Shown: positions 39,354 to 53,882 of the stretch, in pieces
Layout: each line of letters starts with the position of its first letter
Numbering within the stretch: the stretch's first letter is position 1
Source: Chrysomallon squamiferum
Taxonomy: Eukaryota > Animalia > Mollusca
Length of the DNA stretch: 64,000 bases
NCBI GenBank assembly: GCA_012295275.1
Contig: CM022670.1
Span: forward strand, 2,480,001-2,544,000
Reading direction: 5' to 3'
Notes under the pieces: model-generated
Told to the model about the DNA's origin: nothing
Databases searched by the model: none
What the model saw: only the letters and a program-made list of their open reading frames with translations
Position numbers and translations under genes: made by a program

Positions 39354-40530
39354 GGCAAGGAAAGATTTAACCCATTTTCAGACAACTTAGGTGAGAACTG
39401 TGATCATCTAAGAGGAACAAAACCCTAACCACCCCTAGTATTGTCATTAGTGATGTCCCTGGTCCTGGTTCACACCAACAGTAATTAATGTTGTGTGAAA
39501 TTTGCTGGTGAATAAAGAGAAATAATCGTTAGTGAAAAATACTCATTAATGTTCAAATTATCATCCACTGCCGGATAATTTGTTAGTTTTAATTTTCGAG
39601 TGAATAAAATTATTTCAGGGTGACAAAGTATTACATTAGGAGAAAAATGAAGAGGAAAGAAAATGAAAAAAAAAAAGAAAGAAAATAAAATAAAATGAGA
39701 GAAAAAGAAATTAAATGAAAAAATTAAAAAGATGAACAATGTGAATAATATGTTAAACCTGAAACAGTTCTGACTGAAACAGGGCCCAAGTGAATGATGA
39801 TGATGATGTATGCATGATAACAGAAACAGATGCCAAATGAAGATTATGCTAAATGAATTGCACATTAAGTGAAATGTAATAACTACGTACATAAGTAAAA
39901 CATGCAGTGAACAGAATATCTGCAAATGAAAAATACACTCAGTGAAATGTTAGAAAAAGGAAAAAAAAAAAAAAAAAGACTAACAAACATTTTCCACAAA
40001 AAACAAAAGAAAAGAAGAAGAAACACTGTAAACTAAGTGAAACACACAGTGAGTGAAACGTAAGCCATGTGAAACATATGCCCATGTGAAACATATGCCT
40101 CGTAGTACCTATCTCCTACTGTCGGCCCCAGGGGTCAGCCCTGGTTTAGTGTCAGGTTATCTGGGGTCCTGGGCGGGGTCACCTGGGTGCAGGGGCTGTC
40201 CAGGTCTTTGTGCAAGGGGCGGGGCAGCTCTCACCAGGGGATCTCTGATTTGGCTCAATTAGTGACAGTTCCCAGTGAAAGTTGCTAAAACAATTAGAGC
40301 TTGTCACATTCTTATTAACAGATGCCAGTGTGTGTTTGTATTCCCAGGAAAGCAGCAATTACAGTTTTCAGTGTGTTTGATTTCACAGTTTAGCCTTGTA
40401 GGCAGTTTCATGACTTTTTTATTTTATTATTATTTTTTTATCACTTTTGTTTTATAAATAAATCACAGTCTGTTTGTGTTGTTGTTTTTGGTTGTTTATT
40501 GCCTGACATTAGTTGAATGTATGTGTGTGT

Positions 40531-40532
<2 letters not shown>

Positions 40533-40608
<76 letters not shown>
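40533..40608. repeat. (GT)n microsatellite
   Basis: Directly visible. Confidence 0.97.
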
Positions 40609-40610
<2 letters not shown>

Positions 40611-41754
40611 ACTTAAAGCCAATTTCCTTTCATAAGTGCCATGATATAAAAGTAATTAAGTTTTTATTTATTAATAATTACTTTTTGTGAACTAGGAAAA
40701 CACTGAAGTCAATATACTTCATTTACATGAAAATAGAAATATAATATTAATAAAATAAAAAATAATAATTAAATAAATAAAGAAATGATTGCAACTTTAA
40801 TGCAGATGTTTTGAAAACTACAATCACAAGCATCCACATTGATTTAACTCTGAAAATAAATCAACTGAGGAAATGGGTTGGAACAGGCAATAATTTAACA
40901 GAAGCACTGCACTGAATCGATTATGTGAAACAGCACAGTTCAAGAGATATCTGTTCACTACCATGTGAGAACAAGATTCACTAGCATAAAAAAAAAGAAG
41001 AAAGAAAAAACCCAAATCAAACTAACAAAGAAAAATACCCTCAGGATATATTTTAAATGTACTAAATATACAATAATTTTTTATTATTATTTTTTTTTTT
41101 TTTGTAAAGCTTTATTATCAGCTAATAAAACTAAAATAACTAAAATCAATTGACAGAAAAATACTTATTAGTGAACAATCAGGGTAGTAGATGTAACAAC
41201 AAGACAAATTTACCTATGTTTACAAAGGAATTAAGCCACAGAACGCACAGAACTGGGAAATGACAATCATTTCCGAGTGCAGAATTTGTGGAAACCACTG
41301 ACAGAATGCGTCTTTCAACAAGGAAACTGAGAAGTTCTGACAAGGTAATATATTTCACACCTGGCTGTGAAATAGAGATAAATATTTACATGTGGGTGGT
41401 GGATACCAACAGCTAAACATCCTTACTTTGGAGAGAGTGCTGGAAGTAAGACAAATGTGTACAAGGAAACATTAAGCAGAAAGAAAGCTCAATTACTTTT
41501 AATCCCTGGCAGCGACAAAACTGCAACCGATTTCAATCACAGTTTCGTTATCTGTCACTCGCTGATTGCTTTTATCTGATAAAAAGTCAATCAACTGCTA
41601 TCGGTTGTGGTATGGGTTATTTTCAACATGCTTTTGTCAGAGAAATGTTAATGCACGCCTGTCCTGCATATACCTCCTGACTCCTGCTTAACAGAACAGT
41701 AAATGGAGTTTTCCCCCCACAGTCACATGCCCACCCACCCACTAATCACACATA

Positions 41755-41812
<58 letters not shown>

Positions 41813-42830
41813 AAAACAAACAACCACACAAGCAAATAACCACACATTATTAGATCTACTGTCATCATCATCATCATCACCATAAATATTTTTAAATGGA
41901 CACCTGATGGTAGATGTCTAAACACTGGTCAATTCTTTAACCTGCTTCCCTCGTAGAAACATTAATGCATGCCTGTCGCGTCCACATTTTCGGATTTACT
42001 GCTTAGCTGTCTTATCTGGTTATAGAACAATGCAGACAATACATGTTTACCTCTGTAAGCACCACAACTATTGCTTTATAAATATACTTTTGTCAGGGAA
42101 ACCTTCCAAATATATTATGCTTAACAGAACAAATACTCATCAAACGTAAAAACAGAATGATTAATACTAAGTTTATAATGTGAGTTTAAACACACTGGAT
42201 GTAGACATCACTCAAACTGTGTTAACTGTAGAATCATAATGAATGGTCACTGCAAGACGGTTGCAATTAAGGGATTTGTAAAAATGTTTTTTTCTCTTCT
42301 TTCTTTTTATTTGTGTGATGGATAAATGATAATTTTCTCGTTTTTAAATGAAAATGTTAACAGAGGAGAGTTTAATTAAGATAGCTAATTTATCAAAATG
42401 TTTAATACTTTTAATATTGTGTTTCCAAAAAAGGAAGAAATTACCAGTTCCAACCCCAATACTTTTTTCATTTTCAAAATTTTGTTTATTTATTATTATT
42501 TTTGTTCTTTTTATTTTTATTTTTTTTTTTGTCTTTAGAATGGATTCAAGCAAATTTTATAAAACTGATATCTGAGTTTTTCCTGTACAATACTAAATTT
42601 CAAGGTAACTTTATAAAAGTTTTGTTACTAGTTTTTTAAAGAAAAAACATATACCTTTTTTTGTTTTTTTGTTTCCCTAATATATTTCATCAGATTACAT
42701 CTAAGAAACTTAAATAAATGTTAAAATATTTGACAACCAGAGCCAAAATTAATCTGGAAGCAGTAATATCATTCATTCATCATTAATAACCACAGAAATA
42801 AATTAAAATCATAATAAACACCCACCCTCT

Positions 42831-42869
<39 letters not shown>

Positions 42870-43182
42870 CCCTTCCGAGATAAAAAATAAAATATTCAAA
42901 AAAACCCCAAAGAATAACTTTAGGCTAAACCTAAGCGATTCATAAAACTAACATCACACTTCATTATTTTGCTGTAATGTGGAAATATTTCAAAAGGTCT
43001 GACAGCTAATTTACGCAGTATCAACAGTTTATGTTTGGCATGTGCAGAGTTTTAACTACATAAACTGTTAGCATTCCTTTCACTTGCACACTTCTCTGTG
43101 ATGTATGACTTCTTACTCCCAACATTCACACCTGTTCACACCCTTCCCTTGTCCAACAGAGTCAGAGGGAAAGATAGTGATT

Positions 43183-43246
<64 letters not shown>

Positions 43247-44847
43247 AAGCTACACTGTTAGTTTTACCATTACTTGCTTATTCACAGCATAACTTAACAC
43301 CTGTTCACACCCTTCTCATATCACAGAGAAAGAGAACTTCACTATTATTTACTATTACGGATAAAATATCTATGGTTCTACTGTTGCACTACTACTATTA
43401 CACTACTACTACTACTACAGCAGCTGTTGTCATTATTGCTACCACTACTTCATTGTGCTTTTTTTTTCAGTGCCACTTTCTCTGTAGAAACACACAAGGT
43501 ACTGCAGTTACTTTTTGTACTATTATTACTAGCACTGAAACCAATACTTTCACTTTTTTCTCTCCAGTATATATTCATTGATTAATTTGATAAAAAATTT
43601 TTTGGTAATATGAAAGACAAAAGTATATTATATGGAAAATCATTTAAAGAAAACCTTGAAATAAAAAATTGGACCCACCTACAAATAAAACCATCTTGTT
43701 AATTGTAATGATAGTATTGTATTAAAAAATATAATAACAAATAAAAATAAAATAAATTAAACAAAATTAAAAAAGAAAAAAGAAATAAATATATGAAAGA
43801 AATAAATATATCTAAAAAAAAGAAAGAAAAAAAAAAAATGAAACATAAAATTGAAATACATTTATATAAAAAAAAAGAAACACATTTATTTATTTATATC
43901 AAATTAAAACCAAATTTTATTTTATTTTATTTCAGTGTAATTTGTTTTCAAATGCAATAAATGCCATGCTATAAAGAGTCTAAAACTTAAAAAAAAAAAA
44001 AAAAATCTCTACTTTCTTCATTTTTAAGCTTAACAAAAAAGCTGGGAGGGAATCTGAACAATTTATTTCCTTAAATAAAAAAGTTTAATTCTGACTTTTA
44101 TGGTTCAGCTGTCTGTTAATAGCATTAAGAAAACTTTTAGCAGTCTTATAAAAGACATTAGACACTGAGCGAACTGGAGTCTGTAAATTATTACAACAGA
44201 AAGATCCCGCAGAATTTTTACATTCACTCAACTTTTATTATTGCAGTGCATTGATGTTTATTATCGTTTTGTTTTTAAATTTATAATTTATTTATTTATT
44301 GAGTCAATTTCTATGCAATTGCTAACAATAAAGTTTATATTTTGTTTCAGTGTGTGGATTTTTGTATTTTATTAATTTACTGATTGTTAAGAATAAAGTT
44401 TACATTTCGATTCAGTGTATGGATTTTTATATTTTATTTATTTGTTGAGACAATTTCTATGCTGACTTTAAACAATAAAGTCTGTATTTAATTACTGTGT
44501 GTAGATTACTTTTTATGTTTCAGTTTTGTGCTTGGGTTTCAAAATGTTTTATTTATCTAGTGAGAAAATCTTTAAGTGACTGTTAACTGTAAAATTTACA
44601 TATTGTGGATTTTCACAAAAAGGTGTATTTAGATAATTTCTCTTTGGCTGTTAACAATAATTTTTTTTCCCAGTGTATTCATTTTAAAATTCCCAATAAC
44701 TGTTCAGAATAAACTTTATATACTGCCTCTGATAAAGTTATAAGGAATAAAATAAAAAAAGAGGAAAATATAAACTGTATATGTTTGACAGAAATAAAAT
44801 AAGCTTATTTGTAATACACTACTCAACTTAACCAAAATGGAAATATA

Positions 44848-44926
<79 letters not shown>

Positions 44927-45921
44927 CTGAAAAAGAAACAGACATGTTTATCATTTGATGTACAACTGAAAGAGACATGATGAGAATTATGGCATAACTG
45001 GAAACAGTCCATTTCACACAGAACCTGCACGCACGTGAAATGAACAAGATGCGTCAGAGCAATGCACATCTTTCCTTTCATGAAACCCAAACACACATCT
45101 CGCACTCGTCACCCCCCCACTCCAAAACAGATGCTTTTCACGGCCAATTTCGCCTCTGTCATTCAAGCACGACAGTATTTCTATTTTGGCTATGCAAGAG
45201 AGAGGTCTTTACAAGCTGCAGCTATTTGTCGAATGCTGAGACTGCAGTGTTATTGTGTTCCGTGGCGAGAGATGGGGGTTGCCACTGCAAGCCCACACAA
45301 ACGAAGAAAAGCAAACAGACAACACACACATGTGTTTGTGTTTATCTGCTGCAACAATTAAGAGTTATTTGTAATAGTACGGAATGTATACACTTTCATA
45401 AATGCCGTTTCCATGGTTGGAGAAAAAACAGATATGCATTCGTAAACGTTGTATTTTTATATCAAAGATAGAAAAGATAAAAAAAAAGAAAAAGAAAAAG
45501 AAGAACGCAACAAAGAAAACAGCATAAAAATAACTGATAAATATATATGAATTAGATAATGATAATAATAATAATAATAATAATTATAGTTATAATAATA
45601 GAACAATGAAAAACTAAATAAAATAAAATAAAAAGCAAAAATAAAAATATATAAAATAATAATAAATAGAAAATGAAAAACTAAATAAAATAAAATGAAT
45701 AATGATAAAAAAATGTTATTTTCAATTATTCATTAATATAATAAATAAATAAACATTCAGACAAATAATAATAATTCATAAGAGGGAAATAAAAAAACTA
45801 ACAAAAGAAAACAAAAGCAAAAAATGTATATATAATAAAAAAAGAATAATAATTAAAAATATCTGTACAATAAAATATTAACATTTAAACATTTTATTTT
45901 TCAATTATTTATTAAAATACT

Positions 45922-45981
<60 letters not shown>

Positions 45982-46427
45982 TCAAAGAACAATGATTTAT
46001 TCTGAACAAAAAAAGGACAGAACAATCTTACTACAAAAAACCCCAACTATTTAATTACTACAAGATTGTTCTTAAACCATCCATTCACTCACTCAAGGGA
46101 TACAACTAGTCTTCACAAAGGTCTCACACCAGCGTTTGGAGTCAAGTGATTGTCATTAAACATGTGACATTTCTCTGTATCATACTGTAATGAAAAATCT
46201 CTACTAAATATGGGTGATCTTCCGCACCAGCTCACAAATTTCACCCTTCGATTGATGGTCTCAATCCAGAGTTTTCCCCCATGAAAAGAAAAAAAAATCA
46301 AAAAAATCAAAAAAAAAAAAAAAAATCACTCCATTTCTGATCACAAACCAATATGAATTATTATTTCAACATATGAAGCATTAAGTTGACATATTTTTTT
46401 TTTTTTTTTTTTTTTCAAAAAATAAAA

Positions 46428-46458
<31 letters not shown>

Positions 46459-47137
46459 CTCTGTAATGCTGAGTTTTTATTTAGTATTGTTAGTCTCGTG
46501 GAAGATGATGAAGAAATGAAGTTTTGATGGAAGAAAACGTTGGCAGTGTTTCTGCAGATCCAGTGATGTGTGTACGTTCAGTAATAAAATATTGTGAAAA
46601 GTTAATATATTCCGATGGATGTGTGGATTACCAATTAATGTCAAGCAACAATATCAATATCAGTTAGTGGAAAGCAAGGACCATGGTTTAAAAGGTGACA
46701 TTTTCATCAATTCCACTCAAATAATTCAGATTTGATGTGAGAAAAAAAAAAAAAAAAAAGATGAAAGGTTTTGTGTTCATTATTTATACTCATGTAATTT
46801 ATATTTGAGTGTGAAAAAATATTCATAATTAAAATAGAAAGTTAAAAATATATAAAGATAAAAGGCATGATATTAATAAATTCTGCTTCGATGATTTTTA
46901 TCTGAAGACAAAAAATTAAATAATTAAATGAAATGAATAAAATTCCCTCAGAATAAAAATAAATATGGAAATTATTAAATTCCATTTTTTCATTTTAATA
47001 CATATAAATGACTGTTAGAATTTATTATAAACTGAATGAATTAAAAAGACTGTCAAATTTTCATTTAAATAATTGATAAATAAAGATTAAATAATAAATA
47101 AATAAGTAAGTAAATAAATAAATAAAAAATAAATAAA

Positions 47138-47173
<36 letters not shown>

Positions 47174-47800
47174 TAAAATAAAATTAATATTTAAAGTTAA
47201 ATAAGACACTGATAATGATAAAAATTTCTAATCATCAAAATAAAAATTAAATGAATAAAAAGATAAGCTTTGATTTTACTTTGAAGTAATAATATAATAT
47301 AATAAATAAATAAAAAGATAAAAGGTGCTGAATTCAAATACTTTACTTCAAAAGGTTTATTTATGAAAAAAGAATAATAAAAAAAATTAAAAATGTTAAT
47401 AATAAAAAATGCAAATAAATAAGAAGATAAAAGATGCTATATTAATTTCATTCAAAAGATTTTTATTTCGAGACAGAAATTAAGTAATAAATAAAATGAA
47501 AGTAAAAAGATAAAAGGTATTATATATCAAATAATATATATAGCTTGAAGATAAAAAGAAAGTTAAAAAGTAAAATTAAAAAATCAAAACAAAATTCAAT
47601 ACATAAAATAAAAAATGTAAATGTTCCAATTAAAGTTGAAAAGCATTTTTTTTATCAGTCAATAATACTGAAATATTTTATACTTGTCATTTTTACATTT
47701 ATGCTATGTAATATTCATCAATAAATGAAATAATAAAATGTGAAAAAATGTGTGTGTATGTTTATGTATGTGTGTGTACATATTATATATATATATTTGT

Positions 47801-47834
<34 letters not shown>

Positions 47835-49395
47835 GAACGTATGTGTGTGTAGGTATATATACATATGCATGGATATATCTATTTGTCTTATTTTAACTAG
47901 AATACTTATAAGTGTGGAAATTTCAATCAAAACATAATTTATTTCACATCTAACAGTTTAAGAAGAAAAAACTGGAAAGAGAAATTACCAGGAGAACACT
48001 GACATTAAAAGGGAAGGACAAGATAACTGAACGAACTGAACTTTAAATAAAAGCAAATTCACTAGATGATAGAGTGCATAATAACAGTAACATGAAAGGC
48101 AAAGAATATACGAAGCAAAAATGTGTCAAACAATTCAGTACAAAACGGAAAGTTAAAAACATGGTGGAATGAACAAGTACAGAGAACTTCAGAAGTGATT
48201 AACCCAGAAAAAGGTAATTAAAATGCAAATTAACACGATACACGAAGATTACAAAGTCAAATGAAAGTCACAAGATTGTTAAACTCTAACTGGCTTTGTG
48301 TAGCAAAGGTTAAAAATATGATAGATGATGAAAAAATTAATCCACACCTTTATCAGCGGAGATGAAAAAATAAGTTATAACTGTAATAATGACCATTGAG
48401 AAGAAACTTCTTTTTAAAGAGGTGGCAACAGACTCCCGCAGGCATCACAGGACGTCCTGCTGAGAGTCTGTCGTCAGATGGAAAAAAAATGGTTTGAGTC
48501 TGGTTTTCCATAATAATAGACTCCAGTGTCATCTTACTTTATAAGTTTGCGCCATCTAATAATTTATTCCAATACGAGTTGTCGAAAAATACCACAGCAG
48601 GACTCCATGATGACTGCAACATATCACACAATTGTACACCGTACACAAACCATCAGTAATTTCTGTTGATCTGAAAGGCTTGAAAAGCTTCATTCACTGG
48701 CTTTGAAAGACTAGACTATTAATAAAGGGAAGAGAAAGAGAGAGAGAGAGAGAAAAAGGTAATCTGATTAAGTGAAAATATTTCGAGAAGACTTTTTATC
48801 GTGATTATATGTCTCGTATTTCCATCGACAAATACTTTTTGTTCATCGCACTAGGACATTTTAAAAGGTGTTCCAATGACTGAGTATTAACCAAAACGAG
48901 AGGATTTGATTTGAAATGAAATGTAATTATTTTCATTTAAAAGAAGAAGAAGAAAAAGAAGAAGAAAAAAGATATTCTACTAATAGAAGTTTACACACCA
49001 GTTGAAATGAGGAGGGATATGACACAAGTACTGGTTCAGTTGACGTCCCCTGTTGGGCTCTTTCACGTCAAAGAGACGACGTTCTTACGGTGACAAGAGT
49101 CTGTCTGTATGAGCCTGCTGTTGATTATTTCAAAGCGGTAGATTGTTATTTACACAAGTTATATAATGTTCAATATGCAAGTCATTCTAAGTAGTTGTCC
49201 TCAGTGAAAAGCAAATGTGACAAAACATTAACAAGTTTGCCTCGCTTACAAAAAGGTTCTAGGAAATCTATTCAAGCTGATGTGTTTGAATTTTATCCAT
49301 TGAAAAGGACCCCCTCTGTAAAAGAGATGGTTTAGATAAACTAAATAAACTAAACTAAACTGAACAAATAAGTAAGTAAATAAACAACAACAAAA

Positions 49396-49449
<54 letters not shown>

Positions 49450-49567
49450 TTTAAAAAATATTTACTGAAGTACTAAAATAAAATTATTTAAAAGAAAAGA
49501 ACATCAAAATGTATAAAAGAACAAATAAATTTATATGTAAACTTCTAATATAAGATAGGGACAGACC

Positions 49568-49608
<41 letters not shown>

Positions 49609-49773
49609 AGTCACACACACACCACTCCTATGTCTATGAATGAAAGCAGTTATTATTTAAAAAGCAAAAATTTCTTCCATTAAGCTAATTAAATTTTGTC
49701 TGTAAACTGTCTGCGACAAAATATTTTAAAACATTTATTTTTCTTTATCATCTATTTCTGTTTCTTGTCTTTA

Positions 49774-49843
<70 letters not shown>

Positions 49844-51258
49844 CTTTCTTCCTCTGCTCAGTTACATTAATTAACTTAATGATCTAGCTTAACATTTTAA
49901 TCTTTACAGCAAAACTGACAAACATTTGCGTTAAGTTAAAAAAAGCAACACTGCGACAATGTAAAACTCATGTAAATAGCTTCATACATCACCATTATTG
50001 ATGACTCAAACTTGCGTCTAATAAATATTTTCTGTCTCTCTGTTTAAAGGTTCCTTTCAGCTGATAAATGCAAATGGAGATGAAATTACATTATATATCT
50101 ACAATGCTACTCGCGCTGTTTGCACAACGAAGCCTTGGGGAATCATTTGTTTTGCAAACAACACAAATGGACAAACCCACATAAAGATGCTCTGGTATGT
50201 AAACTCGTCAGTTTCAATATCGCTCATTTCGTCAAAGAGAAACAAAGAGAGCAGGCTTTTAGGAAACGGCTAATGATATAAAGACTGAGGAAAATGACAT
50301 TTCCTTTTAATGCACTGTGCAAATGTAATTCATTGTTTTAGGCCCTCAATCAATACACATAATTCAATGGCCTAATAGAAGCGAAAAGCACAACAAGACA
50401 ACCTTCTTGAAAGCCATCAAAACTCGAAATGAAATTGAATTCACTCTGATTTATGTCACTTTGAATCAGAGGCACTCAATTATTTATAATACTGTCAACG
50501 TTAGTCTCATGTAAGAAATGTGTCTGCAGAATATATGTATCCTTGTCTGTATGTCTGTGTGTGTGTGTGTGTGTGTGTACATTTGTTTATAAGTATGTAA
50601 TAAGAGTGTGTATTTGTATGCATGTCTGCATGGCAGACTATGTATATATAAATGTATGTCTGTCAGTATATAAAAAATTTGTATCTGTAACCCTCTATCT
50701 ATCTGTCTATCTATCTATCTATCTATAATGTCAGATCAAAAAAAAAAAAAAAAAAAAAAATGAAAAAAGAAAAAGGAAAGAAAAAGCCACAGAGAAATAA
50801 AACATGAAATAATAAAAACGAGAAAAGAACAACAATAATAATAAAAATAATAACTATTAAAAACTGAATAATCAAAAAAAAAAAAAAAAAAATATAAAAT
50901 TCTGATGAAAGAATAAAACAGAATAAAATATGATAGGGAGATTTTTCCAAATGGAATTACGTCTGTCAAAGGACAAATGACTGCGGAAGCTGTTCGACCT
51001 CGGTGATAACCAGAAGAAGTGGAAAGCTGATGAACGTGCAGCTTCATTCATTATGAAAACAAAGGAGAAACAACTTCCTAGGTAGGAAGTCAAACAAGGG
51101 AAACATTTCTGCAGTTTTGTTAATGTCATGCATCACATGATTCCTAATTCATTTTGCCATTTGTTTCTTCAACTGAAATGGAAATCTGGTCATGATGGAA
51201 ATTCGTTTCGAGACTGATAATAAAACGTTTTTATTATTAATGTTGTTATGTTTTTCTA

Positions 51259-51291
<33 letters not shown>

Positions 51292-53197
51292 GTTATTACT
51301 TTTATTAATGCTATTGTCGCTATTATAATCATTATTGTTGTTGATGTCATTATCAAATTCTTTTAAGTCATTCTTCTAGAGAAAAAAACTAATTATTATT
51401 ATTTAATAATATTTTAAATTAAAAAAAACTAAGTAAATAATAACATATAAGAATGTAAATAAATAAATAAATAATAATGCACAAATAAAAAAAAAAAAAA
51501 TTATAGTCATAAAAAATACTAAAGGCAGACAATTAGTACAGTACAATTACTAATATACACAAAAAATATAATAAAGAAATTATATTTTTTTTGAAAAACA
51601 ACATGTCATCAAGAACATTAAATTAATTCTGTAATCATTTTTAAAAAAGACATAAAAGGCAAAGAAAGTTATTTCTGAGAATAAAAAAGGAATCAATCAA
51701 CAATGATATAAATCTGTACAAAAAAAAAAAAAAAAAAAAAGTAATTCAAATTGCACGGATTGGAAACGATATTAATATTCATATATCAATAATGAAAAAT
51801 ACAAAGACATAGTCAGAATTTAGTCTTTGAAAAAATAAAAAAAATAAAAAAAATAAAAATAAAAATAAAAATCACAAGGAATCCAATAATAAAATGATGA
51901 CATAAAGAATGATTTATGAAAAAAGGTCACCACAGGTTGATAAGGTACACAATATTGAGAACAATCAATTTCAATAACAAATAATTAGTCCTGAAGTCCT
52001 TTGCTGCCAGTAATGTTGATTTCAAAGAAAACAATAGCTTTTGTGATATTTATGTTTGACGAAAGACCAACACAACAAAGATACTGCAACAGAATTGCAC
52101 TAATATGGCCAACAATTAGCAGAATATAGATTCTGTGAGTCACAGAGGGCAATGAGATTTCAGTTCGGGATTATTCCTCAACAACAAGATGATACATCAG
52201 ACAGCGAAAAATCAGTATATTGCCCGAGTTTTTATTTGATTTCATGGCAAAAGAGTTACAAATGGAAGCATTTTTTCTCCCATTCAGCAATAATAAGCTT
52301 TCAATAATTCATGGCAAAACGAAATGAGCTTTGATGAAAGTCTTTTGTATGGCTAGGTTAATGAAAGAGATCGTTTTGGAATACACCAGAATAAATGCCA
52401 CATTGCAATCGGTTGTGTCTATTTGCACAAAGCTGTATCAGTACCCTTCGTGTTCAATATTTTTCATTATCAATATTGGCTTCATAAATCTTCTTTATTT
52501 GCCAGAGAATTAATGCTCAGCGACGCTGATTAACTGTTTGGAGAGATCAACTTATTTACCGTTTTATTGGAAATATGTGTTTGCATTTGATTACAACTGC
52601 TTCAAGCACACATACGTTCGGCTGCCTCACAGAACTTGCTTACTGTTAATAGGTGCGAGCAATAAATGAACAGGGTGTTTGCTGAATGCTCACAACGATA
52701 AAGAAACTAAGTAAAATATATAAACATGCACAGAGCAGCACATCACACATTGTTACAGAACAATAGAAATAACAGAATGTATGCACACTCGTGTTACAAA
52801 GACCAACTCAGTTGTATGGATGTTGATAATAAATAAACAAAGTAAAATGCTTTTTTTTTGTTCCTTGTTTTTTTGTGTGTCTATGTGTGTTATTTTAATA
52901 TTAAAAAAACCCAGTGTAGATTTGTTATTTTTTAATTTTTTTATTTCTTCAATATTTACTTATTGGTGTAGTTTAAAACAGTTTTCTTCTAAAAGTGGAT
53001 TTGATCTTTTTTAGTACATCAAAAAGTGGAAATGTTGATTTTATAAATATTTTGTAGTGTTAGATGTTAATTAAAAAATGTAATGTATCAAATATCCTTT
53101 AGTCATTGTTTGTGTGTCTGAGTGTTTGTGAGTGTGACTAAGTGAAAAAAAGGAAAACTAAGAAGATATAAAATGCATTAGAAATGCATAAAAATAT

Positions 53198-53246
<49 letters not shown>

Positions 53247-53329
53247 TCTTCTGATAGCTGTGTTGAGATATTTCAAATGATTATCTCAAACCTCAAGGAC
53301 TAGAGATTTAGACTAATAATAACAAAAAA

Positions 53330-53705
53330 CTACAGTAAAGAGGACAAATGATACAGAACTGCTTAAGAATAATACTCAACACAGGACTGTTTTGAGTAAC
53401 ACAGTAAAGAGGACCAATGACTCAGAACTGTTTAACAAGTATACTTTACAGAGGACCATGAACAATTTGTGACAAGTTTAATAAAATTACAGGACTAGAT
53501 TCAAATGATTCTGTGTAGTGGACTAATAATAGTTAACAATAATACAGCAGTAATAACATGGGTCTGGTTAGTTAACAGTGGCATCTGAAGAGGACCAGCA
53601 TTACAGGACCAGTTAACAATGATAGAGGACCAACAACAATATCGGACTGGTTAACAGTGGTATGTGAAGAGGACTAGTAATGGTATTGTGCAGAGGACCA
53701 ATAAC
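53330..53705. repeat. Old degenerate tandem array with an AGGAC core
   Basis: acagtaaagaggac, gaggacca and gttaaca motifs recur at irregular spacing. Confidence 0.6.
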
Positions 53706-53709
53706 ATGT

Positions 53710-53880
53710 GTTTTTTAGATAGGAGTTAACAAGAGTTTTTTAAATGGGAGTTAACAAGAGTTTTTTAGATAGGAGTTAACAGGAGTTTTTTAGACAGGAG
53801 TTAACAGGAGTTTTTTTAGATAGGAGTTAACAAGAGTTTTTTGGATAGGAGTTATGTAACAGACAGGAGTTATGTAACTT
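53710..53880. repeat. 25-bp minisatellite abutting the dachshund splice donor
   Basis: Unit taggagttaacaagagttttttaga; the ggagtta core occurs at 53722, 53747, 53772, 53797, 53823 and 53848. Confidence 0.9.
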
Positions 53881-53882
53881 AC

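Larger units (their letters stand above)
34746..53882 (-). other. 19.1-kb intron of dachshund interrupting DD2
   Basis: GT...AG boundaries. The flanking exons join as GLEK|TELK with no missing residues relative to the DACH family pattern. Confidence 0.9.

Noticed and set aside
40053-40262. Gly-rich 69-aa ORF, or an alternative dac exon
   Set aside because: Its composition reflects G-runs. It is antisense to dac, and all three dac-sense frames contain stops.
45040-45471. 143-aa plus-strand ORF in the dac intron
   Set aside because: No domain similarity or exon structure. Treated as a non-coding island.
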